DNA of 37,844 nucleotides from a virus. The translations under genes were made by a program, and so were the position numbers. Location of the stretch: the IMG/VR virus record IMGVR_UViG_3300045988_091806. The stretch is one strand, 5' to 3'. Below, piece by piece: positions 8,398 through 16,951 of the stretch (its first letter is position 1; each line of letters starts with the position of its first letter). The notes beneath the pieces are model-generated. The model was not told the DNA's origin. It saw only the letters and a list, made by a program, of their open reading frames with translations, and made no database searches.

Positions 8398-8430
8398 TTA
8401 AAAAAGACACCAGCCTTAAGCCAGTGTCTT
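8398..8430 (-). terminator. Terminator-like hairpin after the late-activator gene.
   Basis: On the minus strand: AAGACAC-13 nt-GTGTCTT followed by a T-run (GUGUCUUUUUUAAUAAC). Confidence 0.4.
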
Positions 8431-8526
8431 ACCGGGGGTATTAATATTTAATAATGGAGAAATCATGCTGTCCATCAAGTCCAGTTTAGATATTAACACA
8501 GACAAAACGAACAGAGCGAACAAACT

Positions 8527-8988
8527 TTAAATTTTTGCTAAAAATCTTTCTACTGCCATTCTGCAGCCGTCTGCTGTATGATGTTTTCCCATCTTTCTTG
8601 CTACCTGCACCCAGGATAAACCTTCTATGTATCTTAATGTTATAAGTCGTCGCATTCTGCTATTGTCAATTTCATTTATACATTGTTCTATTAGATTAAT
8701 CTGTGCATCTATCTTTTCTTTAACATCCATCTGCTGCCGCTGTCGCACTAAAAGAAGTGTTCTCTTTCGTGAATATGCCGGATAAGGGAAGCCTTCTACA
8801 ACAAAATGCTGCTTACCTCCGTTTCCACCGGTAACACTATCCTTTTCCGTATAGCCTTCAGCTTCCATTTTATCAAGTTCTCTTTGTATCTTATCAATTG
8901 CAGCCTGTATTTCCTGTTTCTCCTTAACCAGATCATTGTACTGCTTAAGAAGGTCTTTTATATTGTTATTTTTCAAGTTATTCATCAC
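8527..8988 (-). CDS. Sigma-70 region-4-like transcriptional activator (RinA/ArpU/DUF1492-type late gene regulator).
   Basis: The C-terminus RRLITLRYIEGLSWVQVARKMGKHHTADGCRMAVERFLAKI is a region-4 HTH. The N-terminus is a coiled coil. It is the last early gene before the packaging module. Confidence 0.65.
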   Translation of the reverse strand: MMNNLKNNNIKDLLKQYNDLVKEKQEIQAAIDKIQRELDKMEAEGYTEKDSVTGGNGGKQHFVVEGFPYPAYSRKRTLLLVRQRQQMDVKEKIDAQINLIEQCINEIDNSRMRRLITLRYIEGLSWVQVARKMGKHHTADGCRMAVERFLAKI

Positions 8989-9385
8989 CTACCCTCTTCT
9001 CATCTGCTGCCAGTTTTTCCTTATCCAAGATTTCCAAAATATAATACTGCTTATCCGGAGAAGCTCCCCACTGTGGTCTCCCTTTTCCAATCCTTAATCT
9101 GCATCTTGCTTTTATTTCTTTAGAATTCTTTGAATAGCCATTACGGAAAATAATCTCCTGAATGCCTTCTTTTCTTATCTCCTCTGGTACTGCCTCTCCT
9201 TGCAATAACTCATATTCGCTTCTATCTAAGAAATTGTCTGGTGGATATAATGGATGTATGGTTATGGCTCCGAACAGGTTCTGGAATCTTGTTTCGTAAT
9301 ATTCTTTTATTTCCCGATACTCTTCTTTCTTCTCACCTGAAAGAATCATATCAAACCATTTTTTCTTGATTGGCAATATTAGCAT
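8978..9385 (-). CDS. ASCH domain protein.
   Basis: The N-terminus MLILPIKKKWFDMILSGEKKEEYREIK matches the ASCH signature (IK..W...I.sGeKk.EyR). Confidence 0.65.
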   Translation of the reverse strand: MLILPIKKKWFDMILSGEKKEEYREIKEYYETRFQNLFGAITIHPLYPPDNFLDRSEYELLQGEAVPEEIRKEGIQEIIFRNGYSKNSKEIKARCRLRIGKGRPQWGASPDKQYYILEILDKEKLAADEKRVGDE

Positions 9386-9786
9386 TATGAATCACCTGCC
9401 TTTAATTTATCTAATGCTTTCATGGCTACTTCTAACATTGGTTTACTAGTTCCACAATTCTGGCCAGCATATGTACATTCTGTCTCTTTGAGATATCCGC
9501 ACCCTATACATATCGCCTTTGCTACAGCCCTTTTCGAATCCTCTATAGCCTTATTTCTTTCCTTTCCTTTTTCAAGATAATCTGCAGCTTCATTGACATC
9601 ATTATTGACTACTTTACTATTTAAAAATGCTGTTTTAAACATTTCAGCAATCTCCTTCTCGTCAACTCCGCATAAACTAGGAACATTTCTACTCATATCC
9701 CCAATGATTCTTATAAAGAAATCTTCAAATTTATCCTGCATAAAATGTATTTCAAATTCCTCTGGCATTTCTATTATTAATTTCAT
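9385..9786 (-). CDS. Hypothetical protein.
   Basis: A 133-aa ORF translationally coupled to its neighbours (ATGA overlaps). No family recognised. Confidence 0.55.
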   Translation of the reverse strand: MKLIIEMPEEFEIHFMQDKFEDFFIRIIGDMSRNVPSLCGVDEKEIAEMFKTAFLNSKVVNNDVNEAADYLEKGKERNKAIEDSKRAVAKAICIGCGYLKETECTYAGQNCGTSKPMLEVAMKALDKLKAGDS

Positions 9787-9965
9787 TTTTCATACTCCCT
9801 CCTAATAAACATCTCTCCATCGCACCAGAAGTATTCTTCTGTTGGCATATAATTCTCTATTATCGTCTTTCTATTGCATGTATATGTTCCGTCTGCTGCC
9901 ACGCTGTTAGAACACTGCTCACAGCATGTATATTCATTCAGGTGCTTATGTCGTCTTCTGCTCAT
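9783..9965 (-). CDS. Small Cys-rich (zinc-ribbon-like) protein.
   Basis: 60 aa with CCEQC ... C ... C. ATGA overlaps at both ends. Confidence 0.5.
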   Translation of the reverse strand: MSRRRHKHLNEYTCCEQCSNSVAADGTYTCNRKTIIENYMPTEEYFWCDGEMFIRREYEK

Positions 9966-10375
9966 CCGGACACCTCTCTATCTCCACTGCAATACCGTCT
10001 TTCTTTGTTATTTTCCACATAATCGTCTCCTTCTACTTTCTCAAAATAAAACTTCACATTATCCGACATATGCTTTACTATACCAAACCGCTCCGCCACT
10101 TGATAAGGTATGCTGTCACGCATAAGCCTTTTATGTATTTCCGAAAGATACTTTCGAAATCCCTCGACATCTAAAGTGGCTTTATAGTGGTTGCAGCTCC
10201 TACAAGCTGGCATGTAATTTGAAATGTCGTCTGCTCCACCTATCCTAAGCGGTGTTGCATGGTCTACCTGCATATCTTTGTAAGCTATTTCTGTACCACA
10301 ATAAGCACAATGTCCGTTATACATGAGATATACAGATTGTCTCACTTTTTTAGATATTGCTTTTCTTTTATTCAT
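9962..10375 (-). CDS. HNH endonuclease.
   Basis: YNGHCAYCGTEIAYKDMQVDHATPLRIGGADDISNYMPACRSCNHYK has the CxxC...DH...N...CxxCN HNH signature. Confidence 0.85.
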   Translation of the reverse strand: MNKRKAISKKVRQSVYLMYNGHCAYCGTEIAYKDMQVDHATPLRIGGADDISNYMPACRSCNHYKATLDVEGFRKYLSEIHKRLMRDSIPYQVAERFGIVKHMSDNVKFYFEKVEGDDYVENNKERRYCSGDREVSG

Positions 10376-10664
10376 TCTTACCTCTCAATTCTTTCAGTTT
10401 TTCTCTTAAATCAGCTATCGCCCATAAATTACGATAAAACAATGCCAGAAGTCCTACTGTACTATCTATTTCTACTGAAAGCATAGAACCCATATATTCC
10501 TCAAATTCTTCATCTGATAAATCAGTTAAATCTACATTGCAAATATCTTTCATAAGACTTCTTGCAAGCTGCCTACTGTCAATGTCTAAATTGTAATCTC
10601 TGTATCTTGCATTACGCTTATTATCTATATAGCAACTATTATGTGCCAGTTCAATCATAGACAT
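10368..10664 (-). CDS. Hypothetical acidic protein.
   Basis: A 98-aa ORF in operon context. No family recognised. Confidence 0.5.
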   Translation of the reverse strand: MSMIELAHNSCYIDNKRNARYRDYNLDIDSRQLARSLMKDICNVDLTDLSDEEFEEYMGSMLSVEIDSTVGLLALFYRNLWAIADLREKLKELRGKNE

Positions 10665-10837
10665 ATCAGATGTATTTTTTCATTTGCCTTCCTCCTTCTG
10701 CTGCCATCTCTATTGTATTTATCCGCCGGCTTATAGAATGGGCAAGGCTTATCCTCCTTGGCGCAATACAGTTCTTTAAGTCCTTTACAGTCTCTCCGCT
10801 CAAGATTAGCCATTATACAATCTCTATTGACCATCAT
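10655..10837 (-). CDS. Small Cys-containing protein.
   Basis: SD GGGAGG lies 5 nt before ATG 10837 (MMVNRDCIMANLERRDCKGLKELYCAKEDKPCPFYK...). Confidence 0.45.
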   Translation of the reverse strand: MMVNRDCIMANLERRDCKGLKELYCAKEDKPCPFYKPADKYNRDGSRRRKANEKIHLICL

Positions 10838-11114
10838 TACTACCTCCCTCAAAAAGTTCCTTTAATATTGCATTAGCCAATTTATCCAACTTTTCATCTA
10901 TTTTTTTATCAAGGTCTTTCGATACCTCTTCCTGCTCTTTGTCTGTTAAAAGTGCCAGCTCACAGGCTTTCTTAATTCTTTCTTCAGCAAATGCCTTATC
11001 AATGCCTGTATTAAGCATTGCTCTATATACAGTCTGTATTGCTGTTCCTAATTCTCCAACAAGTATTACTGGTGTTCCTTTTATTTCAATTCTATTTTTA
11101 TCACATTTAATCAT
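10824..11114 (-). CDS. Hypothetical protein.
   Basis: SD AAGGAGA lies 7 nt before ATG 11114 (MIKCDKNRIEIKG...). The C-terminus is helical and Lys/Glu-rich. Confidence 0.5.
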   Translation of the reverse strand: MIKCDKNRIEIKGTPVILVGELGTAIQTVYRAMLNTGIDKAFAEERIKKACELALLTDKEQEEVSKDLDKKIDEKLDKLANAILKELFEGGSNDGQ

Positions 11115-11136
11115 AATCATTCTCCTTATTATTTTA

Positions 11137-12840
11137 TTAGGCAAATCTTAATTGCCCTGTCTTTTCCTCGTTTATACTGCAGTTAGGCATTCTCTGCGCT
11201 ATACATAATTCTTTAAGGTTAGCCCTTACCAGTGCATTTGGTATCATTGGACTTACAGAGTTCCCGCACCGCTTAACCTGTTCTGTTCTTGGATATGTCT
11301 TACCAGTGTAATCATGGTCTATAATGTAATCGTCCGGGAAACCCTGGCATCCATATAGCTCTCTTGGCTCCAGCATTCGAAGTCCAATATCTACAATTTG
11401 ATAATCCTCACCTTCGATTGTTACTAAGCCGAATCGATCCCGCGATGTTACTGTATCTAACGGCTCTTGAATGTCCTGTCCGGTGCCTTGTCCGTAATAC
11501 TTTATCAGAAATGCCCGAACTTCCCCGAAATGTCCATCTCCGGCCGTAATGGTAGGTAAGGGTTGTCTTATGTCCTTCCCATCGCAGTGATTGTTCATCT
11601 GGATCAAATTTGCCGTAACAACGCTGTTATGATCCCACGCTGTTATTGTCGGCAGTGGATTTTCCATGCTTTCTCCGGCTCCCTTATAGCCACCATCATA
11701 ATATTTATGTAAGAATGATGTAACTAATCCATACCGGTTTGATCCATCCACGGTCATGATCGGATCCTTTATTGTCTGTCCCCGGACTTCTCCCTGTGCT
11801 GTTTCGGAATGGTACTGGATCAGTGTAGGACATATTAAACAATGCTCGTTTTTACTTACTATTGTAGATAACGGCTCCTGAATATTCTTGCTCCGGTCTT
11901 TTGTAAAACCAGTCTGTCCAATCTGAATCATGTAAGGTTCAACAATCCCATATCCATGTTTACCTGTAATTGTTGGCAATGGTTCTTTAGTATCCAGCGG
12001 TCTTCTGTCTCCACCATGATTACACTGAACAATAAAAGGCTCTGGATTATCCAAAACAAATTTCTTTAATCCTCTTGCGATTCTTTCCATTGTCTTAGGT
12101 GCTAATGGTCTTACCGCTTTTATTCCATATTTCTCTTTTATCTGTTCAGATGTATCAAAGATACTGGGGCATGGTCTGCTAAAATCTATCTGCGTATATG
12201 CTCCAACATAAGGCTTTAGCAGTCCCTCTTTCACGGCTTCGCTGTCTGCCGGTGCATGTGTAGGCTCTGGCCATATAATAGGTCTCTTGTCACATCTTGC
12301 AACCATAAAGAATCTCTTTCTCATGGTTGGCGCTCCGTAATCTGCTGCCACAAGCTCCCTGAACTGCACTTCATATCCTAAATCCTGCAGCTGGCTTACA
12401 AACTTATTAAATGTCTTTCCCTGCTTTGCTTTTATCGGATGATGTCCTCTATTCAGCGGTCCCCATGTCTTGAATTCTTCCACATTCTCCAACATGATTA
12501 CTCTAGGTCTTACCAGTCCAGCCCATCGGCATGCTACCCATGCAAGACCTCTTATATTCTTATCCTTTGGCTTGCCGCCTTTTGCCTTGCTGAAATGTTT
12601 ACAGTCTGGAGAGAACCAGGCAAGCCCCACAGGATGCCCATTACATGCCTGCACTGGGTCTACCTGCCATACATCTTCACAATAATGCTTTGTATTCGGA
12701 TGGTTTGCTTTATGCATTGCAATAGCCTTAGGATCATGGTTAATTGCTATATCAACACTAAAGCCGGTAGCTTCTTCTATTCCAGTGGAGGCACCGCCCC
12801 CACCAGCGAAATTATCAACTATTAATTCCCCGTTTATCAT
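11137..12840 (-). CDS. DNA (cytosine-5)-methyltransferase with six tandem TRD-like modules.
   Basis: Motif I NFAGGGGAS, motif IV SPDCKHFS, motif VI MLENV, motif VIII TMRKRFF and motif X GNSVSP are present. SD GGAGG lies 6 nt before ATG 12840. The variable region repeats xPLxT(I/V)T...LV...(L/M)I six times. Confidence 0.85.
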   Translation of the reverse strand: MINGELIVDNFAGGGGASTGIEEATGFSVDIAINHDPKAIAMHKANHPNTKHYCEDVWQVDPVQACNGHPVGLAWFSPDCKHFSKAKGGKPKDKNIRGLAWVACRWAGLVRPRVIMLENVEEFKTWGPLNRGHHPIKAKQGKTFNKFVSQLQDLGYEVQFRELVAADYGAPTMRKRFFMVARCDKRPIIWPEPTHAPADSEAVKEGLLKPYVGAYTQIDFSRPCPSIFDTSEQIKEKYGIKAVRPLAPKTMERIARGLKKFVLDNPEPFIVQCNHGGDRRPLDTKEPLPTITGKHGYGIVEPYMIQIGQTGFTKDRSKNIQEPLSTIVSKNEHCLICPTLIQYHSETAQGEVRGQTIKDPIMTVDGSNRYGLVTSFLHKYYDGGYKGAGESMENPLPTITAWDHNSVVTANLIQMNNHCDGKDIRQPLPTITAGDGHFGEVRAFLIKYYGQGTGQDIQEPLDTVTSRDRFGLVTIEGEDYQIVDIGLRMLEPRELYGCQGFPDDYIIDHDYTGKTYPRTEQVKRCGNSVSPMIPNALVRANLKELCIAQRMPNCSINEEKTGQLRFA

Positions 12841-12841
12841 A

Positions 12842-15370
12842 TTAAGCCTCCATAAAGTCAAACAGCGTAGGTGTTTCTATCTCATTTTCTGCTTCCTGAA
12901 GATATCCAACACCATCTCTGAAATAGTCACAGCTCAGTTCTATTCCATAGCCATATCTTTTCATCTTTACTGCCGTCATTGGAACTGTCATTAAGCCTCC
13001 AAACGGGTCAAGAACCATATCACCTTCATTACTGTATCTGTTAATGATTCTTTCAACAATATCAAGCTGTAGTGGGCATACATGCATCTGCTGCCTGCGT
13101 CTGCTCTGTGTTGTATTAAGTGTTCTCATTCTGTTTATATCATCCCATACGTCAAGGTTATTCCATGAACCGGGAGCGACAACCATAAATGTGGCTGGGA
13201 GCTTATCATTTTTATCTAACTCTTCCGCAAGCTTCACATGTTCTTCATAGCTGTATACATTGGAACGGCTGTATTCCCTATAAACTCTCTGTAAATCATC
13301 AACACTAAATTCCTTAAGCTCATCTTTGCTTATAAGCCTGTCGCCTGAACTTCTCCAGTATCCGTGAGCGTCTATCTGCCATTGTGCCCTTGTATAATCT
13401 TCCTTGGTTTTCTTTACAGGATCATCCGCATATGCATTAGACTTATCCGTTGGAAGCTTTCTAAACAGAAGTATGTATTCAGGACAGCCTACGCCCATCT
13501 TTGAACCGTCTTTACACTGTTCAGACCATCCAAGGCGGTATGTCTGGTTATTCTCCCTGACCACATCTGTAACAACTGTTATCATTCCAAAATACTGAAA
13601 ACCGTGTTTCATGTAGTGTTCTATACACTGTGCATGAAACGGCTCTATTGTAGGCATTCCAGTTCCTGTAGCATTTCCGAATAATACCCTGTCTTTAACA
13701 TGGATGGCTGCTACCCTGCCAGGTTCAAGAATCCTTAAAAGCTCCGGTGTAAGGAAGTCCATCTGCTCAAAGAACTTTTCTGTATTCTCATTGTGTCCGA
13801 AGTCGTTGTAATTGGCGCTATACTCATAATGGTTTCCGAATGGAATGGATGTGTGTATAAGTCCTACAGAATTACTTTCTATTCTTCTGCACTCTTCAAC
13901 ACAATCATCATTTACCGCTGTATAATGCTTTCCCTGTACTTTCACTGTCTCAACTCCCATCTTTCTCTCTAACCGCTTTATTTTAGATGCCGGACTTAAA
14001 CCATATTTCTTTACAATATCCGTCATTTTTTTAACCATGTGATTATGATTCTTCCATTTCTCAAGCAGTGCTTCTTTTATCTGTCTTTCGTTTTCCATGT
14101 ATATAATGTCTATAACAACTGTATCTGTCTGTAAGAACCTGTAACATCTATGTACTGCCTGAATAAAATCGTTAAACTCATAATCAATGCCCAAGAATAT
14201 CTCCCTATGGCAGTAACGCTGAAAATTACAGCCCGAACCTGATATTGATTTCTTTGTTGCAAATAGCTTGATTCTTCCCTGTGCAAAATCAATAACCCGC
14301 TTTTCCCTTAGGTCATAATCCTGCGAGCCGTATATATCTACAACTTCCGGTATTGCCTTAAGAATTGCTTTTCTTTCAGACTCTAAGTCATGCCACAAAA
14401 GGAAATGCTCCTCAGGTAAACTCTCTACAATCTCTTTCATCTTTTCAACACGCTGGTCAATGCTGTTTCTTTTTACTTCTGCAGCTTCCTTCAAGCCTGC
14501 TGCCGCTTCTGTAAATAACTGCATTTGTCCTGTTTTATCAGATGTATCTCCGTAATGTATTGGGATTTCATGCCACTTTACATCAAGGGGCGGTAATACA
14601 TATCCCTCATCGGAATATTCCGGATTTACATCTGAAGGTTTCGTTATGAACAACGCCCATGATGAAACCCACAGCCAGAATTCATCTTCCATATTCGGGT
14701 ACAATGTAAGATTGTTTGCCTTAGTGCTGTCTCTCTGAAAGAATCTTGTAAGTGCCTGCCCTGTATCCATTACCTCAAGATAGCCGGCATAATGTATAAG
14801 CTCTTTGTATTTGTTTGGACTTGGCGTTGCTGTTGCTACCAGCTTGTAAGGAACATTCTTGAACTTATCAAGAAATGTCTGGTATGTCTTGCTTCCAAAA
14901 GACCTTAAAACACTTGCTTCATCCAACGATGTTGCAACAAAATAATCCGGTCTTATATCACCATCCCTTACTCTTTCATAGTTGGTAAGCACAATACTGC
15001 TGTCACAGGATTCTACTTCTTCCATGCTTCTGCAATAAACAGGTGCATCATATCCAAGAACATTCACAGCGTCCTGTGTAAATTCCTGTTTTACTCCAAG
15101 TGGAAGAACAATCAAGGCCCTTCCGCCCTCATGATTTATTACCTGTTTACAGAATTCTATCTCCTGTATGGTTTTACCTAAACCAAAACTTTCAAACAAA
15201 GCTCTTCTTCCACCTTTAAGTGCCCATATTACGGCATCCCTTTGATGTGGCTTTAATGCTTTGTTAATATCTGTCGGATTTACTTCAAATCCGCTATCCT
15301 GTGCAAGTTCTATCTTGCTTTCTAAAAACTCTTTGTATGTCATTTCTGAAAGGAACATCGTACGAATCAC
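12842..15370 (-). CDS. Fusion protein: N-terminal SNF2/DEAD-like helicase plus C-terminal beta-class N4/N6 DNA methyltransferase.
   Basis: The helicase part has motif I FGLGKT, motif II SLDEAS and motif VI QAVHRCYR. The MTase part has motif IV SVGLIHTSIPF before motif I VLDPFGGLMTVPMTAV, which is the beta-class order. The start is uncertain: GTG 15370, or CTG 15379 which lies 9 nt after SD AAAGGAG. Confidence 0.8.
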   Translation of the reverse strand: MIRTMFLSEMTYKEFLESKIELAQDSGFEVNPTDINKALKPHQRDAVIWALKGGRRALFESFGLGKTIQEIEFCKQVINHEGGRALIVLPLGVKQEFTQDAVNVLGYDAPVYCRSMEEVESCDSSIVLTNYERVRDGDIRPDYFVATSLDEASVLRSFGSKTYQTFLDKFKNVPYKLVATATPSPNKYKELIHYAGYLEVMDTGQALTRFFQRDSTKANNLTLYPNMEDEFWLWVSSWALFITKPSDVNPEYSDEGYVLPPLDVKWHEIPIHYGDTSDKTGQMQLFTEAAAGLKEAAEVKRNSIDQRVEKMKEIVESLPEEHFLLWHDLESERKAILKAIPEVVDIYGSQDYDLREKRVIDFAQGRIKLFATKKSISGSGCNFQRYCHREIFLGIDYEFNDFIQAVHRCYRFLQTDTVVIDIIYMENERQIKEALLEKWKNHNHMVKKMTDIVKKYGLSPASKIKRLERKMGVETVKVQGKHYTAVNDDCVEECRRIESNSVGLIHTSIPFGNHYEYSANYNDFGHNENTEKFFEQMDFLTPELLRILEPGRVAAIHVKDRVLFGNATGTGMPTIEPFHAQCIEHYMKHGFQYFGMITVVTDVVRENNQTYRLGWSEQCKDGSKMGVGCPEYILLFRKLPTDKSNAYADDPVKKTKEDYTRAQWQIDAHGYWRSSGDRLISKDELKEFSVDDLQRVYREYSRSNVYSYEEHVKLAEELDKNDKLPATFMVVAPGSWNNLDVWDDINRMRTLNTTQSRRRQQMHVCPLQLDIVERIINRYSNEGDMVLDPFGGLMTVPMTAVKMKRYGYGIELSCDYFRDGVGYLQEAENEIETPTLFDFMEA

Positions 15371-15537
15371 TCTGGCCAGAGTTCCAGGCTCCTTTCTGAT
15401 ACTCTTATTTCTCTGCTGCTCTCATGCATTTATATGAGCAGTAATATTTACAATTTCTTTTGTAGCCCCATGTCTCTCTGCTTACCGTTATTGTGGATAC
15501 ATATTTACCACATTGTGCACAATAAAACCCAAAAGCA

Positions 15538-15894
15538 TCATTGCGCTTCTTTACTGGGAGACTTCGCCTTTCTATCCGGCTTGTCCTCTTTTACTGTTAC
15601 TGCATCGCTTAATGCAGAAATACAGACTTCTAAAGACTTACAATGTTCTTCAATTACCTCACTTAAGCGGTTCTTGATATATTCAGCCGCATCATCTGCT
15701 ATATCTTTCATGCCAGGGAGCTTGTACAGCTTTGTATACCCTGCGTAATGGCTTCTGTCTTCGCTTGGCTCCCCCTTGAATAAGTCTTCCCCTGTAAGTT
15801 CTTCCTTGACTCTGTACATATCCAATACCCTATTTGCGCCATCTTCTATTGCAAGTCCAAGTTTTCCTATCTGCAATAATGTTTCCTGTGTCAT
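15538..15894 (-). CDS. Hypothetical protein.
   Basis: A 118-aa ORF whose start overlaps the stop of the upstream peptide (TAATG). No family recognised. Confidence 0.55.
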   Translation of the reverse strand: MTQETLLQIGKLGLAIEDGANRVLDMYRVKEELTGEDLFKGEPSEDRSHYAGYTKLYKLPGMKDIADDAAEYIKNRLSEVIEEHCKSLEVCISALSDAVTVKEDKPDRKAKSPSKEAQ

Positions 15895-15980
15895 TAGTTG
15901 TCCTTTCCAGCTTTACAGAATCCGACAATAACACTTGCTAATGCTGCTCCGGCTATAAAGCTTATTATCTCTGCAATCAT
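15894..15980 (-). CDS. Small hydrophobic peptide (28 aa).
   Basis: Not in the track. SD GGAGGA precedes ATG 15980, which overlaps the upstream stop (ATGA). Translation: MIAEIISFIAGAALASVIVGFCKAGKDN. Confidence 0.4.
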   Translation of the reverse strand: MIAEIISFIAGAALASVIVGFCKAGKDN

Positions 15981-16597
15981 ATATCCTCCTCTGTCTTGCT
16001 ATAAATATCTATAACTGCTGCCACAACATCTTCTCTGTTCCATTCTGTTTTTTCGTCTGGTGGTGCAGTTATTGTCACCCTGCCTAATTCTCGATTTATA
16101 TCCATTGTATAAATCCTGTTATGTACACAACTCTGATACGCCGCTTCATCAGCATATAAGATTTCCATGATTTCCACTGTCTCAAGACTTGAAGTGTATA
16201 TTTTGTCTCTCAGATGCTTATTATCTTTAAAAAGCTGCTGTAATACCTGTTCAAGCACATTGTTATCTGCAGAATCTTCATACAGATAATTCTTTCCAAA
16301 TGCTTCCATCCATTCTCTACGGCTGTATACCTGTTCAAAACGTCTTTGACCTGCTCTTATAAGTTTCAAATCTGTTTCTCTGCTCTTATGTACAGCTTCC
16401 GCTCCTGTTCTATGGTCTTTTTCACATAGATATACGGTTAGCCCATACTTTTCAGCTATCTTTCTGTTTGCTACCCCATGCATAACATGGTGCTTTTCTA
16501 AGCCGTATGATGTAAGAGGTCCAAAATACCCCTGTCCCTCTGCTCTCATACGGCACAGAAAACATTCTTTTGTATCCTGCATTATGCTTCTGCTCAT
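15977..16597 (-). CDS. Zn-finger/HNH-like phage protein (NinG/DUF968-like N-terminal domain), function uncertain.
   Basis: ECFLCRMR...LEKHHVMHGVANRKIAEKYGLTVYLCEKDHRTGAEAVHKS follows the pattern CxxC...HH...NR...YGL...LC..H. SD AAAGGAGA upstream. Confidence 0.5.
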   Translation of the reverse strand: MSRSIMQDTKECFLCRMRAEGQGYFGPLTSYGLEKHHVMHGVANRKIAEKYGLTVYLCEKDHRTGAEAVHKSRETDLKLIRAGQRRFEQVYSRREWMEAFGKNYLYEDSADNNVLEQVLQQLFKDNKHLRDKIYTSSLETVEIMEILYADEAAYQSCVHNRIYTMDINRELGRVTITAPPDEKTEWNREDVVAAVIDIYSKTEEDI

Positions 16598-16750
16598 ATT
16601 CTCCTTTCCCCTCCCATAACAGGGAGGTCTGCTGCCATATTAATAGTTACTGTGATATATATACTTAGATAAATAAGTATCTTGTAGACATTTATGGAGT
16701 AAAACGCTTCTCCCATTTTGTATTTATGCGGATTGTTGCCATCCTGATTC

Positions 16751-16951
16751 TTAATATGTCGATGGATGCTGGCATTCATATAACTCTCTTTTCAGCTTTG
16801 CTATTCTCCCTGCTACTTGTGTAAGATGATTTACACGAATATTGGTATTAACAGCATTTTTGCCCTCATCATATGTAAGAATTGCCTGCCTCGGCCACTC
16901 CTGTTCTTTCAACTCATTCTTGATTCTTTCTTCCTCACTGGCATTTCTCAT
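16751..16951 (-). CDS. Hypothetical protein (66 aa).
   Basis: SD GGAGG lies 6 nt before ATG 16951 (MRNASEEERIKNELKEQEWPRQ...). It overlaps the RNase H 3' end by 17 nt. Confidence 0.5.
   Translation of the reverse strand: MRNASEEERIKNELKEQEWPRQAILTYDEGKNAVNTNIRVNHLTQVAGRIAKLKRELYECQHPSTY

Noticed and set aside
15389-15395. A strong SD-like AAAGGAG upstream of the helicase-MTase gene as evidence for a hidden small ORF.
   Set aside because: No ATG/GTG/TTG lies 5-12 nt downstream. The only codon at ideal spacing is a CTG that is in frame with the helicase. It is therefore treated as start-site uncertainty for that gene rather than as a separate feature.
16594-16779. A 61-aa ORF filling the gap between 16751..16951 and the 15977..16597 gene.
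   Set aside because: It has a weak SD, overlaps both neighbours, and its translation is a low-complexity Ile/Tyr-rich sequence. It may be real but is not supportable, and the region could instead be an untranslated spacer.
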